A DNA stretch of 64,000 nt from Octopus vulgaris. Its lineage: Eukaryota. The stretch spans positions 1 to 64,000 of the forward strand of contig CATOCA020000014.1 in assembly GCA_951406725.2 (NCBI GenBank), read 5' to 3'. Positions within the stretch are counted from its first letter, which is position 1, and the number at the start of each line of letters is the position of its first letter. The notes beneath the pieces are model-generated. The model worked only from the letters and a program-made list of their open reading frames with translations, did no database searches and had not been told where the DNA came from. Position numbers and translations under genes: made by a program. This document shows, in pieces, positions 46,411 through 60,613 of this stretch.

Positions 46411-49248
46411 CAGGGGTCTCCAAAGTTTTCCAGCGGAGGGCCACATTGCTGAATTTTTAAAGCTACGGGGGCCAAGGTTCTAAATTATTTATTTTACCAA
46501 AATAATATAAATAAATAGTGAATTAATAATTAAAAAAGGTTATTTATTCAGTACATAATCACAATGTATATAATATCAGTAACAATCAACATGTTTTTTT
46601 AAACTTTGATCAATAGGGGAAACATGAAATTGTTTCATTTCTGACAAAATTTTGTCCAACTGAGGTTCAAAATGAGTGGTTCCAATAACAAGCAATGCAT
46701 TTAAATGTTCATCAGACAATTGTGATCTGTAGCAGGATTTTGTGTATTTCATCTTTGAAAAAGTCTTCTCACACAAATATGTGGTGCCAAAAACTGAAAT
46801 GAATTCACAGGCAAACCTCCTTAAATGAAGAAATTGGTCGGATGGAAGGCATTTGTAGAATTCAATCAAATTTCCCTCTTTATATTTGTCCTTCAGGATG
46901 TCATTGGATTGCAAATCAATAACTTCCATTTGTAACTCAGAATTATAGTCTCCAATAACAGAGTTAAATGGATTTTCAAAAATTCTTAGTTTTGAAGAAC
47001 ATGCATCAAGATCAGAAAAACGTTCTTCAAACTGTTGTTTCAAAGCTAAAATGACATCTTGAGCAAACAAGTTTGGAAATGGAGTGGCAGCTTCCTGTCT
47101 ATATTTGTCACATCATGAAAAATGAGTAAAGCAGCTTCTTGTTAACTGACTTTCAAATAGTATTAATTTCTTACGAAAAGCTTTCACCTTTGAGTACAAA
47201 TCACAGATGAGTGAAGTTTCACCTTGTATCCGTAGGTTGAAATCATTGAGATGCATAGTTAAATCGGCTGAAAATGCTAATTTCCAGAGCCATTCACTGT
47301 CTTTGAGCAACACCTGTGAATGGTTTTTCTCATTTAAAAATATTTCAATTTCAGTTCGAAGCTCAAAAAATCTAGCCAGAATTTTTCCATAGCTAAGCCA
47401 TCTTACTGAAGTATAGTAAGGTAGGTCTGGAAACTCAGCATTCATTTCCTCCAAGAAATCATGAAATTGGCGATGTTTGAGTCCATGAGATCTTATGTAG
47501 TTAACAGTGGAAATCACAGGATCTAATACAGATGATAAATCAAGATGCTTTCCACACAGTGCTTGCTGATGAAGAATACAATGCAATACCAAAGGTTTCA
47601 ATCCACCGGAATTCTCAATTACTTTGTTAATTTGCCCAACTAAGCCCTTTTTGGTTCCACACATATTTCTGCCACCATCTGTTGTTATGCATTTTAGTTT
47701 TTTCCATTCCAAATTATACTCAGCCACTGACTTTTCCACTTCTCTAAAAATATCTATGCCTGTTGTTGTTCCATGCATGCTGTGCACAGATACAAGTTCC
47801 TCAGTAATCTCAAAATTGGCATTTATTCCTCTGATGAACAATAACAATTGGGATGTGTCTGATACATCAATTGACTCATCAAGTGCAACAGAAAAGCATA
47901 CAAACTTGCTGGCTTTGTCTTTTAGCTGTGATTTAATATTTCTTTCAATATGTTCAACCCTACGAGCAACAGTGTTCGCAGAAAGAGTAATTGCGGAAAA
48001 TAAATCTACGTTTTCTGGACACATTTCCTTAGCTACCTCATTCAAGCACTTTTTAATAAGTTCACCATCTGTAAATGGCTTACCTTTCTTCGCCAAAAGG
48101 TTAGCAACATGGAAGCTTGCTCTTGTTGCTCTCTCTTTTTCTACAGCCTTCTTCTTGAAAACAAACTGCATTGATGATAAATTCTTCTTTAATTTGTCAA
48201 ATTTCTCTTTACGTAGCTGTCCAATGAATTGGTAGTACTGTGATGAATGCTTTTTTTCATAATGTCTCCGAATGTTGTACTCTTTAAGTACTGCAATTGT
48301 GTCGGTGCATATAACGCATAGTGCCTTGTTGTTTGACTCTATGACAAAATAGTCTATGTTCCATTGTTCCTTAAAAACTCTACACTCAGAGTCGATTTTT
48401 CGTTTTCTTCCTTGAGCTAACATTTTTACCATGGGTCGACAGATTTTGCTCGACGATATATGTAAAAGGACGAAACAAGTAAAAACAATATTCACAGGTC
48501 ACTCGATACGTGCATTCACTTCGGCAGCGACGACGACAAATGACTCACACTTGTGCACAACGAAAACGCCAAGTCTGTGCTGACTGACGGAATGCGCATC
48601 GAACTTTACTCCACGCTGATTGGCGACTGCACCAGGATTAGAAACCACCACACAACGTCAGGCTCAACCCTCTCTATTCATCGCTCGTGAGATGTAGGTA
48701 ACATCGATAAATCGATATTTGTCTTCTTTTATTATACTAGGCACGGGACTTTTATTAACGTCATACTTGTCGTATCTGCTCTCTCGACAGTTGACGGAAT
48801 AGGTTGACTTTTCTGCGACATCAATAAAGCTAGAAATTGAATCTCTGCTTCATTGTAAGCAGCACCATCCATCTCACTGACAATCGCCTATTATCTAAGA
48901 TGAATGATAGGTAGCTCCATAGCGAAGTTAATTCATTTTATGGTGGTTCTGATGGGTCAGTTAAAACGGGGGAGTGGAAAAGAACCTATATTTACACTAA
49001 AGTTTAGTGTATAAATTTTTAATTCGCCGGCGCAATTTAAAGACATTAATTGATGGCAAATCAATTAGCGTCGTCTTGCGTCTATTTGCTGTACTATATT
49101 TGTCAAACGTATTAAAAGGGGTGTAAAGTATATTTGTTTTTGTATGATTTCGGCAAGGCTTGTTTTTCGACATTTGTTTTATAATTTTGGAGGACAGCTC
49201 GGCGGGCCGGATTAAAAACCTTGGCGGGCCGTACTTTGGAGACCCCTG
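46411..49248 (-). mobile_element. Full-length hAT DNA transposon (SPIN/Buster group)
   Basis: Perfect 16-bp TIRs caggggtctccaaagt / actttggagacccctg. Exact 8-bp TSD gtgtagag at 46403-46410 and 49249-49256. Confidence 0.96.
46576..48432 (-). pseudogene. hAT transposase (about 618 codons) with a single in-frame TGA at 47113-47115
   Basis: RKRKIDSECRVFKEQW, BED-like CVIC..RRHY..H, SVALDES, TTDGG, HCILHQQALC, VRWLS and FGTTYLCEKTFS. The two ORF pieces are in the same frame. Confidence 0.93.
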
Positions 49249-49954
49249 GTGTAGAGCATTCATGATGATGCCATGTAAAAGCAGCCAGCCATAGAAACCA
49301 AGCCAAGTTCAGACTGGAGTGTGTTGTAGCTTGCCAGTTCTGGTCAAACAATCCAACCCATGCCAGCATGGACAATGAACATTTAATGATGATGATGTGA
49401 TAATATATTAGCTTTAATATTAAATTAGTGTCCCATTACCAGTGTATTTCTTGCCATTATTAATAATGTAATGCCTTTTCATTTATTCACCTGTCTGGAA
49501 CTGCCCCTGTCTCTATAATACAAACTTCCTATTTTAAAGTGATCTAAATTAAAACCTTTCATCAAAATTTCCTAATAATTAATGTTCCAAACACTATCTT
49601 AATAATTACAGTTATTTTACTAAATTCTTCATTATTTAAAAAATTGAAACGCAGACAGAACTACAGTAACAAAAGAGGTAATAAACAAACAACTATTTGC
49701 TATGCATTAACGATAATTGATGTTGAAAGAGAAGGCATTAAATTTCACTACTTTTATTGGATTCAATTTGATTCAGTTGCCTACTGGATGAAAACCTCAG
49801 CATGTTCTCTCCACCAATCACTGTCTGATGTGGAGGTCATGAATTTGAACTTGAGATCATTACTCCTATTGTATAAACTATTAAATTCTGAAGTTTTAAA
49901 CTTTCATTCTCATCTTTAAACTCTATTAACTTGGTCTTTCTTGCTGTCTTTCAG

Positions 49955-50024
49955 ACGAACAGGTTCAAGATTTGTGCTCTCTGCTACTTGTGCCTTCTAA
50001 CAATTCTTTTAAGGAAACTTTAAC
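49955..50024 (+). CDS. TICRR: TICRR/Treslin-like short internal exon (70 bp)
   Basis: ctttcag|AC GAA CAG...TTA AC|gtaagt is in phase with the previous exon. DEQVQDLCSLLLVP resembles KEIQETWTVTLEP. Confidence 0.65.
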
Positions 50025-50869
50025 GTAAGTAATCTATTCTATGAATATTTATACTTCAATGTATTTATTTATTTAATTTGTTTGACTTGCAGACTAGAAT
50101 TGTTTTCTAATTTATCTTTCTATCATTTAAGTGGTTTTTTTATTCGGTTTATACAAATAGAAGCAAGCAAACTAATTACGTCATGCATATAATTGTAACA
50201 AGATTTGAAATGAGATTTTAAACTATAGCCCAGCACATTCAGTCACAGATTTTAATGAAATTATATTACTTTCTACAAATGGGAAAAAAAATTCCTTGAT
50301 TCAGCTTTCATGTATTTTAGTTTCACCTTACCTTTATATAACAAGAAAAGTCAATTCACTATATGAAGTCAATATTGCTAGCATTCCATCAAGCAAAGCC
50401 GAAAGCTACATTTCTGTTGATAAAGTCATTCGAAGTTATTTCCCTTGTTGTTTTTTGCTCTTTTTTTTTATAGGTTTAGTTCTCACTTCAGCATTATAGT
50501 GATTTTTTTCTGACAGCGAATAAAGCTCGTTAATTTATTTTATTACTTACAAATGTGATCAGTGTCTCTTCGAAATTGAATGATCGGTCAATCTTATTTT
50601 TTAGCACTTCTTTAAGTTTTTATGAACACTTCTGAGCACTTATTTGTTTTAGCATGGAATTTTAAACCCATCTCTTCATTATGACTTTTTTAAAGACAGT
50701 CTTCAGATTTTCAAATTTTGAATCTGCTAAAGTAAATTAAACACAAGAAATTTTCTTGTAAGAGAAAGTTAATAGTATTAAGATATCTTGATCCAATGTG
50801 GTATGGTTGTATTATATACTAGCAAAGATACCCGGCATTGCTCGGGGTTAAAATGGCATAGTTTTTTAT

Positions 50870-51360
50870 TGTTTTACTTGTTTCGGTCATGTGGCTGCAG
50901 CCATGATAGAGCATCACCTGTCGTCAAAGAAATCGACCCCAGGATTTATTCTTTGTAAGCCTAGTACTTATTCTATCAGTGTGTTTTGCCAAACGGCTAT
51001 TTTATGGAGACGTAAACACAACAACATTGGTTGTCAAGCGATGGTAGCGGTACAGACACACACAAATATACACATGTATACGACAGTCTTCTTTCGGTTT
51101 CCATGTACGAAATCCACTAACATATAGAAAGGAACACAGAAGGTGGTGAGCTGGCAGAAACATAAGCACGCCTGGTGAAATGCTTAGCGGTATTTCATCT
51201 GCCACTATGTTCTGAATTCAAATTCCGCTGAGGTTGATTTTGCCTTTCATCCTTTTGGGGGTCGATTAAATAAGTACCAGTTACGCACTGGGGTCGATAT
51301 AATCGACTTAATCCGTTTGTCTGTCCTTGTGTGTCCTCTCTGTGTGTATCCCCTTGGAAC
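50870..51360. mobile_element. Two adjacent SINEs (minus-strand 50870-51120; plus-strand 51141-51360)
   Basis: The first matches the 36566 SINE tail. The second matches the units of the array at 54645-55330 (gcctttcatcc..gtcgattaaataagtaccag). Confidence 0.7.
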
Positions 51361-54128
51361 ACAGAAATAAACAGGGAGAGAAATAGAAAAAATGGCTAGC
51401 GATCTATCATGGCGAATGCCAGGCAGAGGGGTCACACAGGAGAGCTAAGAAGAAGGGGAGATAATAAAGTAGTGGTGATCCCAAAACGAAGGCGTATGTG
51501 AGAGCATGTATGTGACCTTGATATGTGCATGTGTAGGTGTGTGGATGATGGTGTAGCTGCTGGGAAGTGGTCAGTGCTAGTGTGTGCGGTGTGGTGTCTA
51601 AGGGGTGGGATGGAACATATAGGGATGGTGGGGTTGGAATGTGTAGGGATGAAGGGTGAAAATGAAAACGCAGTGCTTTCAAATAAAAATGTCTTGTATT
51701 TCTTTGCACCAAATTCTGCTGACAATCTCTTGTCACTCTCATTAGAAATGTTGTGGACCAACGATTGTCCCATTGGAAACATGTTACTAACATTGCCTTT
51801 GTTCAACAAATGCAGTCATCATAATTTAAAATCCATCATCCATGCTGGCATGAGCTGGACAAGTTCTGATGGGCCAAAGGACTGCTTTGGCATGGATTCT
51901 GTGGCTGGATGCTCTTCCTAATTCCAACAACTTCACAGTATGTGCTGAGGCCATCAAGAAGTTTGCAAGGCTATGAAGATGAAGTGGGGTGGGATGCAAA
52001 GTTTTTAAAAACAAAAAGTGGAATAGATATGTTTTGAGACTGGGTATTAAGAATTGAAAGGAACGTTATATGTAATACAATTAAATCCAGAAGGTTCTGG
52101 AATAGAGTTGGTTTGATCAAAATCATTCAGAACTAGCTGTAATTTAACAGCAGCTTGAAACCTCAAGTATTTTCTTACTGCTAATGCAGAAGCCCAATTT
52201 TTCTTATATCAGTCGCTGTTAATACAGTTAGGAATCCCAACCTCACCTGTACAGGTGAAAATTATTTTTTTTTTCATTGCGTTACATGCAATTTTTTAGG
52301 TGCTGTATGGCTTAATGGTTAAGGAGTTGGCTTCGCAAGCACATGGTCAGGTATTCAATCCCACTGTGTGGTTTCTTAGATAAATGTTATTTTCTAAAGC
52401 CTCCAGTCAACCCATACCTTGTGACTGATATTAGGAAGGTAGTAACTGCCCATTAAGTGACTTGTACTTGTAATTCAAATGGTGTGACTTCATCCTATTT
52501 TGTGTCATACTGGTTCTGAGAATTACATTAAGGGTACATATGTCTGTGATTTGACTGCTTGCTCACTTACACATTAATTCAAGAGCAGGTTATTCAGTTA
52601 GTCAAACAAGTGAATCCTCCTTGTCAAAGGACAAAGATCAACCACCTCCACATACAGTTTGATTTCCCAATCATTATCAGGTGTTTCATTAGTACCAGGC
52701 TCGATTTGAACTAGAAACCTTTATTTCTAAACTAAAAGTAAGAACAGCATCAACCACCAGAGTACTGATTCATTATCATCATACGTCTGCCTTCCATGCT
52801 GACATGGGTTGGTCAGTGTGACAGGAGCTGGCCAGACAGAAGACTGCACTAGACCTCTGCATCTGTTTTGGCATGGTTTGTATAGTCGGATGCCCTTCCA
52901 AATGTCAAACACTGGCAGGAATCACCAAGTAACTTGCAAGGCAAAGAATCTTTGAGAGTGGGGGGCATTCGAGGAGGTGATCTTGTATCAAATGATGAAA
53001 GATTAAAGTGTGTTCCATGTACTTTAGAAATAAAGGTTCTTAGTTTGAATCCAGTCAGTAATATACCTGATTATGATGAGGTCAAACCAATTGAAATGTA
53101 ATTGTAAATATCAAAATACGTTGGACCTTTAAAGAATAGAGTGATTTGGAAAATTATAAACCTTTGAAATTTTCTTGATAAAAGTTTTTTTATTATTGAT
53201 GTTGCCTTATTTTAGTGAAAGAGATTGTTTTTAGTTGAATTTCCTTCAAGCACAATAACTGTATAATGTGATTAAGATTTGTTTTTGATGTCATTAAACA
53301 TTATTGCAATATGAGCTGTTAAGTGGCAGATGTAATGGAGATATCTGCTACAGATAAAATGTCTGAAGAATGGAAGTATGTCATCTGCATATATTTGTAT
53401 TGGTTTATGGTTATTGATGAAGGGTGAGATGGAAAATGAACAGATTAATGCACGAGAAGATATGGTCCAGCTTGTGTAGTCATTTTGGATCCATGTAATT
53501 AATTTTGGGCTTGTACTTTAGGAAAAGGTCTGACCTGGATGCTTTTATGTTATATTGAGTAAAATAGCTTTGGTGTTTTGACATGTATTTCAATCATTTT
53601 GTTTTGTAGATTACCAATTAATTTTAGTATCTTTGAATGTACTGTTAGTGACTTCAAGAGAAGAAATTTTCAAGTTTTGTAAGGATGATAGCACAATAAT
53701 TAACAAGGTCTGAATGCTTTTCTTTCATGTGGGTGAAACAAGATGGAAATAGAAAAGATTAGAATATGAATTAGTTCTGGACTGCATTGATGATAATAAT
53801 GAGCTTGCTGCTATGGCATATAGCAAACCTGGGCAACCTTTTCCAAGAAATTAGTTGCATGAGACATGGCTCATCATAAGGTAGGCTGCACTATTAAAAG
53901 AATTCAAGGTAATTTTTCACTTGATACACTATTCAGAAAGTTCTGTCTTATAGTAAGTAGGAAGGAAGATTGTCCAATGTTACCAGTCCATACTGACTTT
54001 CATAACAGCCTATATAGTATTTTATAGTTAATTCTATATATTTTATCTCATCTGAAATGTTTGAGTAGGATTTTTTTCCTTTTGAATTCTTAATTTATTC
54101 CTATAAAACTTTTTTTTCTTTTTTGCAG

Positions 54129-54544
54129 TAGAAATAACTTAACAGATCATGGACAAACACAATGAACACAGCTTAGATAAAATGATGCCTCCTTTTGAAT
54201 TTGTTGTTGAAAATCCTGAGAAACTGCCATCCAATTCTTCAGCTTCCACTTCTAAAAATAAGTTTTTAACTCGATCTACACAACAGCCATTATCATTACA
54301 AATGGAAATATATGGTTATCTCGAAACTTCTGATCTCAACAACTGCTCCGATCATGTGTTTTTCTGTACACCACTTTCAGAACATTTAACCTTGTATCCA
54401 ACCAGTTCTACTCACATTAAGCAATCTCTGAGAACAGCACACAAAGGAACTTCACCAAAGAAAAACATCAAAGAAAGAGCATCCTCAAAAATAGCCTTGT
54501 TCCAGAATTTACTCCACAGTTTGACTAAAACTAATTTTCGCTTG
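54129..54544 (+). CDS. TICRR: TICRR/Treslin-like internal exon (frame problem in the first 35 nt or so)
   Basis: Strong acceptor ttttgcag| and donor TTG|gtatgg. IALFQNLLHSLTKTNFRL resembles LLFQQLVSRLTAEELHL. A TAA in the main frame at 54140-54142 implies an indel or an alternative acceptor at 54145. Confidence 0.68.
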
Positions 54545-54626
54545 GTATGGCATAATAATAATATTTATTCTTTGTGTAAGGTGTTGAGCTAATGATTCTG
54601 ACAGCTCATGACCCTAAAGTTTGTCA

Positions 54627-55345
54627 ATGTTAATTCTGTGTATAAGGCAGCAAACTGGCAGAAATGTTAGCATGCCAGGCAAAATGCTTAGCAGTATTTC
54701 GTCTGTCTTTACGTTCTGAGTTCAAATTCCGCCAAGGTTGATTTTGCCTTTCATTCTTTCAGGGTTAATAAATTAAGTACCAGTTGTGTACTGGGGACGA
54801 TCTAATCAACTGGCCTCCTCCCTAAAAGTTTCAGGCCTTGTGCCTGGAGTAGAAAAGAATATTAATTCTCTGTATAAAGGTGGCGAGCTGGTAGAATTGT
54901 TAGCATGCTGGGCAAAACGCTTAGTGACATTTCGTCTGTCTGCACATTCTGGGTTCAAATTCCGCTGAAGGTCGACTTTGCTTACATCCCTTTGGAGTCA
55001 ATAAATTAAGTACCAGTTGATCACTGGGGTCAATGTAATCGACTGACACCTTCCCCCTAAATTTCTGTCCTTGTGCCAAAATTTGAAACCTATATTAATT
55101 CTGTGTATAGTGACAAGCTGGCAGGATCATTAGCAAGTCAGGCAAAATGTATAGTGGTATTTCATCCATTTTTACATTCTGAGTCCAAACTATGTCGAGG
55201 TCAACTTTGCCTTTCATCCTTTTGGGGTTGATCAAGTAAATATAAGTTAAGTTAAGCACTTGGGTTGATGTAATCGATTTATCCCCTCCCCCGAAATTGC
55301 TGGCCTTGTGCCAAAATTTGAAACCAATATTAATGCTGTGTGGAA
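54627..55345 (+). mobile_element. Three head-to-tail SINE copies separated by a repeated spacer of about 16 bp
   Basis: Units of about 230 bp, each preceded by ttaattct(g/c)tgtata. Confidence 0.85.
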
Positions 55346-55907
55346 TTAGGATGGTGAGCTGAAGAAAAACGACAGTATTATTTATGTGAACTGTTTTAAT
55401 TCTTTCTGAATCTGTTGAATCAACAATGCTGGGGGAAATAAAATGGGGTTTGGCAGTTGTTAAGTCTATTTCATCCCAAAAGCTGTTTTTTTTTTTTTTT
55501 TTTAATTAATGAAAATCACATTTTCACATGAAATGTATCACAAATATCACATCAAGAAAGCTTGTACTGTAGAAGTCAAGAGAGGTAAATATTCTGTCAT
55601 TTCCTAATGAACCAGCAGAAGGACCTAGAGTCCACATGGGATAAATAGTGAGTGGAAATGTCAATTCCACATTGAAATTTAGCCTGACCAGGGACCCTGA
55701 AAGTGTAATCCCCTTTCTGTGACCTTGAGACAATCCAAACCAAGGGACACCAATTGGCTTACCTGTTATTGGATTCTTTTTGTTAGTGTGATTTCAGAAA
55801 TATACTATGAATGTGTGATATTGCATAAAAAAGTGAAAATATTTTATGTAAACACATGTTTACACTTACAGTCACATCTTACTTAATTCCTTCTTGTTGA
55901 ATTTCAG

Positions 55908-56169
55908 ATGGTACAAATTAAAATTGAAGAGGAAACTACACCTTATATAGGTGTCCTAGAACCTATCACTATCAATCTAGCTGCTGTGACAATTCTTCCA
56001 ATGGGCCTCAATAGACAACTGAAAGAGCTTTTCCCTGTTTTTCCAGTTTATGGACATTGTTCTAATTCAAAGATTTCTAGTGCTTGTGATTTTGACAAAC
56101 TAGATTCCGTTTTACAGCGATATTCCACCAAGATAATGCATTCAAAACATTTCACCAAGGATCAGTCAG
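55908..56169 (+). CDS. TICRR: TICRR/Treslin-like internal exon
   Basis: atttcag|ATG GTA...TCA G|gtaaat is in phase 0 with the previous exon. TPYIGVLEPITINLAAVTIL resembles PPITGVISPLSASAMILTV. Confidence 0.75.
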
Positions 56170-56608
56170 GTAAATTAAGTTTTCGCTTCAATTTCTCCTT
56201 GTTTCCACATGGTATTGTTATCTTGTCTGCACATGATATTTTTATGTACAAGAGAGTGGCGAAAGACAGAAGTGAAAGTGATTTTAATAGATCTCTAGGT
56301 TAACGAACCCCTGGCAACTGTTGATTGATACTGAGACCAGTTATAACTTGTATACAATTCAACTTACTTAATTTAACAATAATAACATCAATCATTATTT
56401 GGTTCCTGCAACTCTCCTTTAATTGATCTGCTTCCGTCTATTCGTCCCCTCTAATGAATAGTTACCGTAAAGACAACTATCAGATAACACTTGCCTAAAC
56501 CCTGCAAATGTCTAAATATGCATAACTATACAATACATGGAGACATGGAAAGTAGAGCTCAGATTATTAAAATTTAAATTTTTTCTTGTAATTCTGTTCA
56601 ATATTACT

Positions 56609-57812
56609 CATCATCATCATCGTTTAACGTCCACTTTCCATGCTACCATGGGTTGAACGGTTCGACTGGGGTCTGGGAAGCCAGGAGGTTGCACCAGGCC
56701 CAGTCTAATCTGGCAGTGTTTCTACAGCTGGATGCCCTTCCTAACGCCAACCACTCCGTGAGTGTAGTGGGCGCTTTTTGCATGCCACCGGCACAGGTGC
56801 CAGGCGAGGCTGGCAAAGGTCACAATAGGTTGGTGCTTTTTACGTGCCACCGGCATGGAGGCCAGTCGAGGCAGCGCTGGTAATGGCCAAGTTCGGATCG
56901 TTTTTTTTACATGACATCGGCACTGGTATTACAACTGCAATTTCCATTGATTTTTTGATCGATTTCGATTTCACTTGTCTCGACAGGTCTTCGCAAGTAG
57001 AGTTTTGTGTCCCAAGAAGGGAAGGTATGCATAAGTGGACTGGCTACATCCCAGGTAGAGGCCACGGGTTATGGTCTCATTTGTCCTGCCAGATCTTCTC
57101 ACGCACAGCATACTTCCAAAGGTCTCGGTCTCTAGTCATTGCCTTGGTGAGACCTAATGTTTGAAGGTCGTGCTTCACCACCTCGTCCCAGGTTTTCCTG
57201 GGTCTACCTCTTCCACAGGTTCCCTCAACCACTAGGGTGTGGCACATTTTCACACAACTATCTTCATCCATTCTCGCCACATGACCATACCAGTGCAAAT
57301 GTCTCTCTTGCACACAACTGATGCTTCTTAGGTCCAACTTTTCTCTCAAGGTGCTTATACTCTGTTGAGTATGAACACTGACATTACACATCCATCGGAG
57401 CATACTGGCTTCATTTCTTGTGAGCTTACGCATATCCCCATCAGTCATGGCCCATGTTTCACTGCCATGTAGCATGGCTGTTCGTACACATGCTTCATAC
57501 GGTGCCTTTTGTCACCAGCAGAGGTAAGAGCTCTTTGAACTTTGTCCAGGCTATTCTTATTCTAGCAGTTACACTTTCAGCACACCCGCCCCTGCTACTG
57601 ACTTGGTCACCTAGGTAATGGAAGCTATCAGCTACTTCTAGTTTTTCTCCCTGGAATGTGGCAGAAGTTGTTATCTGCACATTTTCAGTGTTTATTGCTC
57701 CTGAGCATCTGCACAAAAAAACTATCTTCCTAGTTAGCCTCCCTTTGATATTGCTGCACCTCTTATGTATCCATAGCTTACACTTGGTGCAACTTATAGA
57801 GTTTCTACATAC
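56609..57812 (-). mobile_element. 3' fragment of an RTE LINE
   Basis: (cat)n tail at 56609. MLHGSETWA..WYGHVARMDE..GRGRPRKTWDEVVKHDL. Same subfamily as 38352-40825. Confidence 0.92.
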
Positions 57813-57817
57813 GCTTT

Positions 57818-59444
<1,627 letters not shown>

Positions 59445-60237
59445 GGGGGCTTTTCGATGCCCCCATTGGCGGCGTTACACTTATCTGGCTTTTAAATAGC
59501 GTTTATAAATAATACCGGCACCCATAGCCCTTGGTAACAAATTCTGAAATAGCCTTTAAGATATCTACGATTAACCACTGCAAGGGGAATTACTCCTGTA
59601 AGACAAACGGGGCTTGGTTTTTTCACAGCGGGGGGTTTCCTTGACAAGGCAGGCTTAGATGAACACACACACACATAAAACATAATATATATATATTTTT
59701 TTCTTTCTGCCACCCAACGGTTATCACGGCAGTAGCCACTGACAGCCGAACGATCAAACGCACACACGTACACAAAAAATGTTTTCTACCCCTACGCCAA
59801 CACACACATATATAGAACAGTATACACACACACACGTCTCTAAGTAGATTTTTTCTCGCCCCTTATTAAACATCCAATATTCCTTAAATAGTCAGAACTT
59901 TATTCTCGGTCACAAAGAACATCTATACACCCTCACCCACATGATTGACCGATGCCTGACCCGTTGAATTCTTCAGCCACCGGTTCTCAACATACACTGA
60001 TAAACAGTTTCGCCATGGGCTCTTAGGAGCATAGTTCGATTTGTTTTTGCTCCGCCTCTGTTCTGTTTTTGTTTTTCCAACGGATTTCCTTTTTCTTCCT
60101 GAAGAGAAAGACACAATATGGTCCCATTATTCAATCGGATTTTGGTAATTTGTGCCTTTCGAAACACGTGTAGAATGAAATAAAACGATTTCTGTTCAAT
60201 CTGCGTTCAACTCCATTTCTTCAATTCACCAATAATG

Positions 60238-60476
<239 letters not shown>

Positions 60477-60575
60477 AACGGGAAGCTTTATGAAAATAAA
60501 CAAAAGACGAAGGCAGGTGGAAAACAAACGAACAATTGTATTAGTATGGCGCTCAGGAAATATAAATAAAACAAG

Positions 60576-60613
60576 TCTTTAACGTTTCGAGCCTACGCTC
60601 TTCAACAGAAAGA
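60576..60613 (-). ncRNA. Minimal type I hammerhead ribozyme motif with a variant core
   Basis: Minus strand reads TCTTT-CTGTTGA-A-GAGC(GTAG)GCTC-GAAAC-GTT-AAAGA. Stem I is TCTTT/AAAGA, stem II is GAGC/GCTC and stem III is palindromic. The core reads CUGUUGA instead of CUGANGA. Confidence 0.7.

Noticed and set aside
46576-48495. Domesticated GTF2IRD2/ZBED-like host gene
   Set aside because: It has intact TIRs, a TSD and an internal stop, so it is a transposon copy.
59443-60237. Possible degraded Penelope end or hammerhead-like hairpins
   Set aside because: The motifs are too corrupted to align and the region adjoins low-quality sequence, so no call can be supported.
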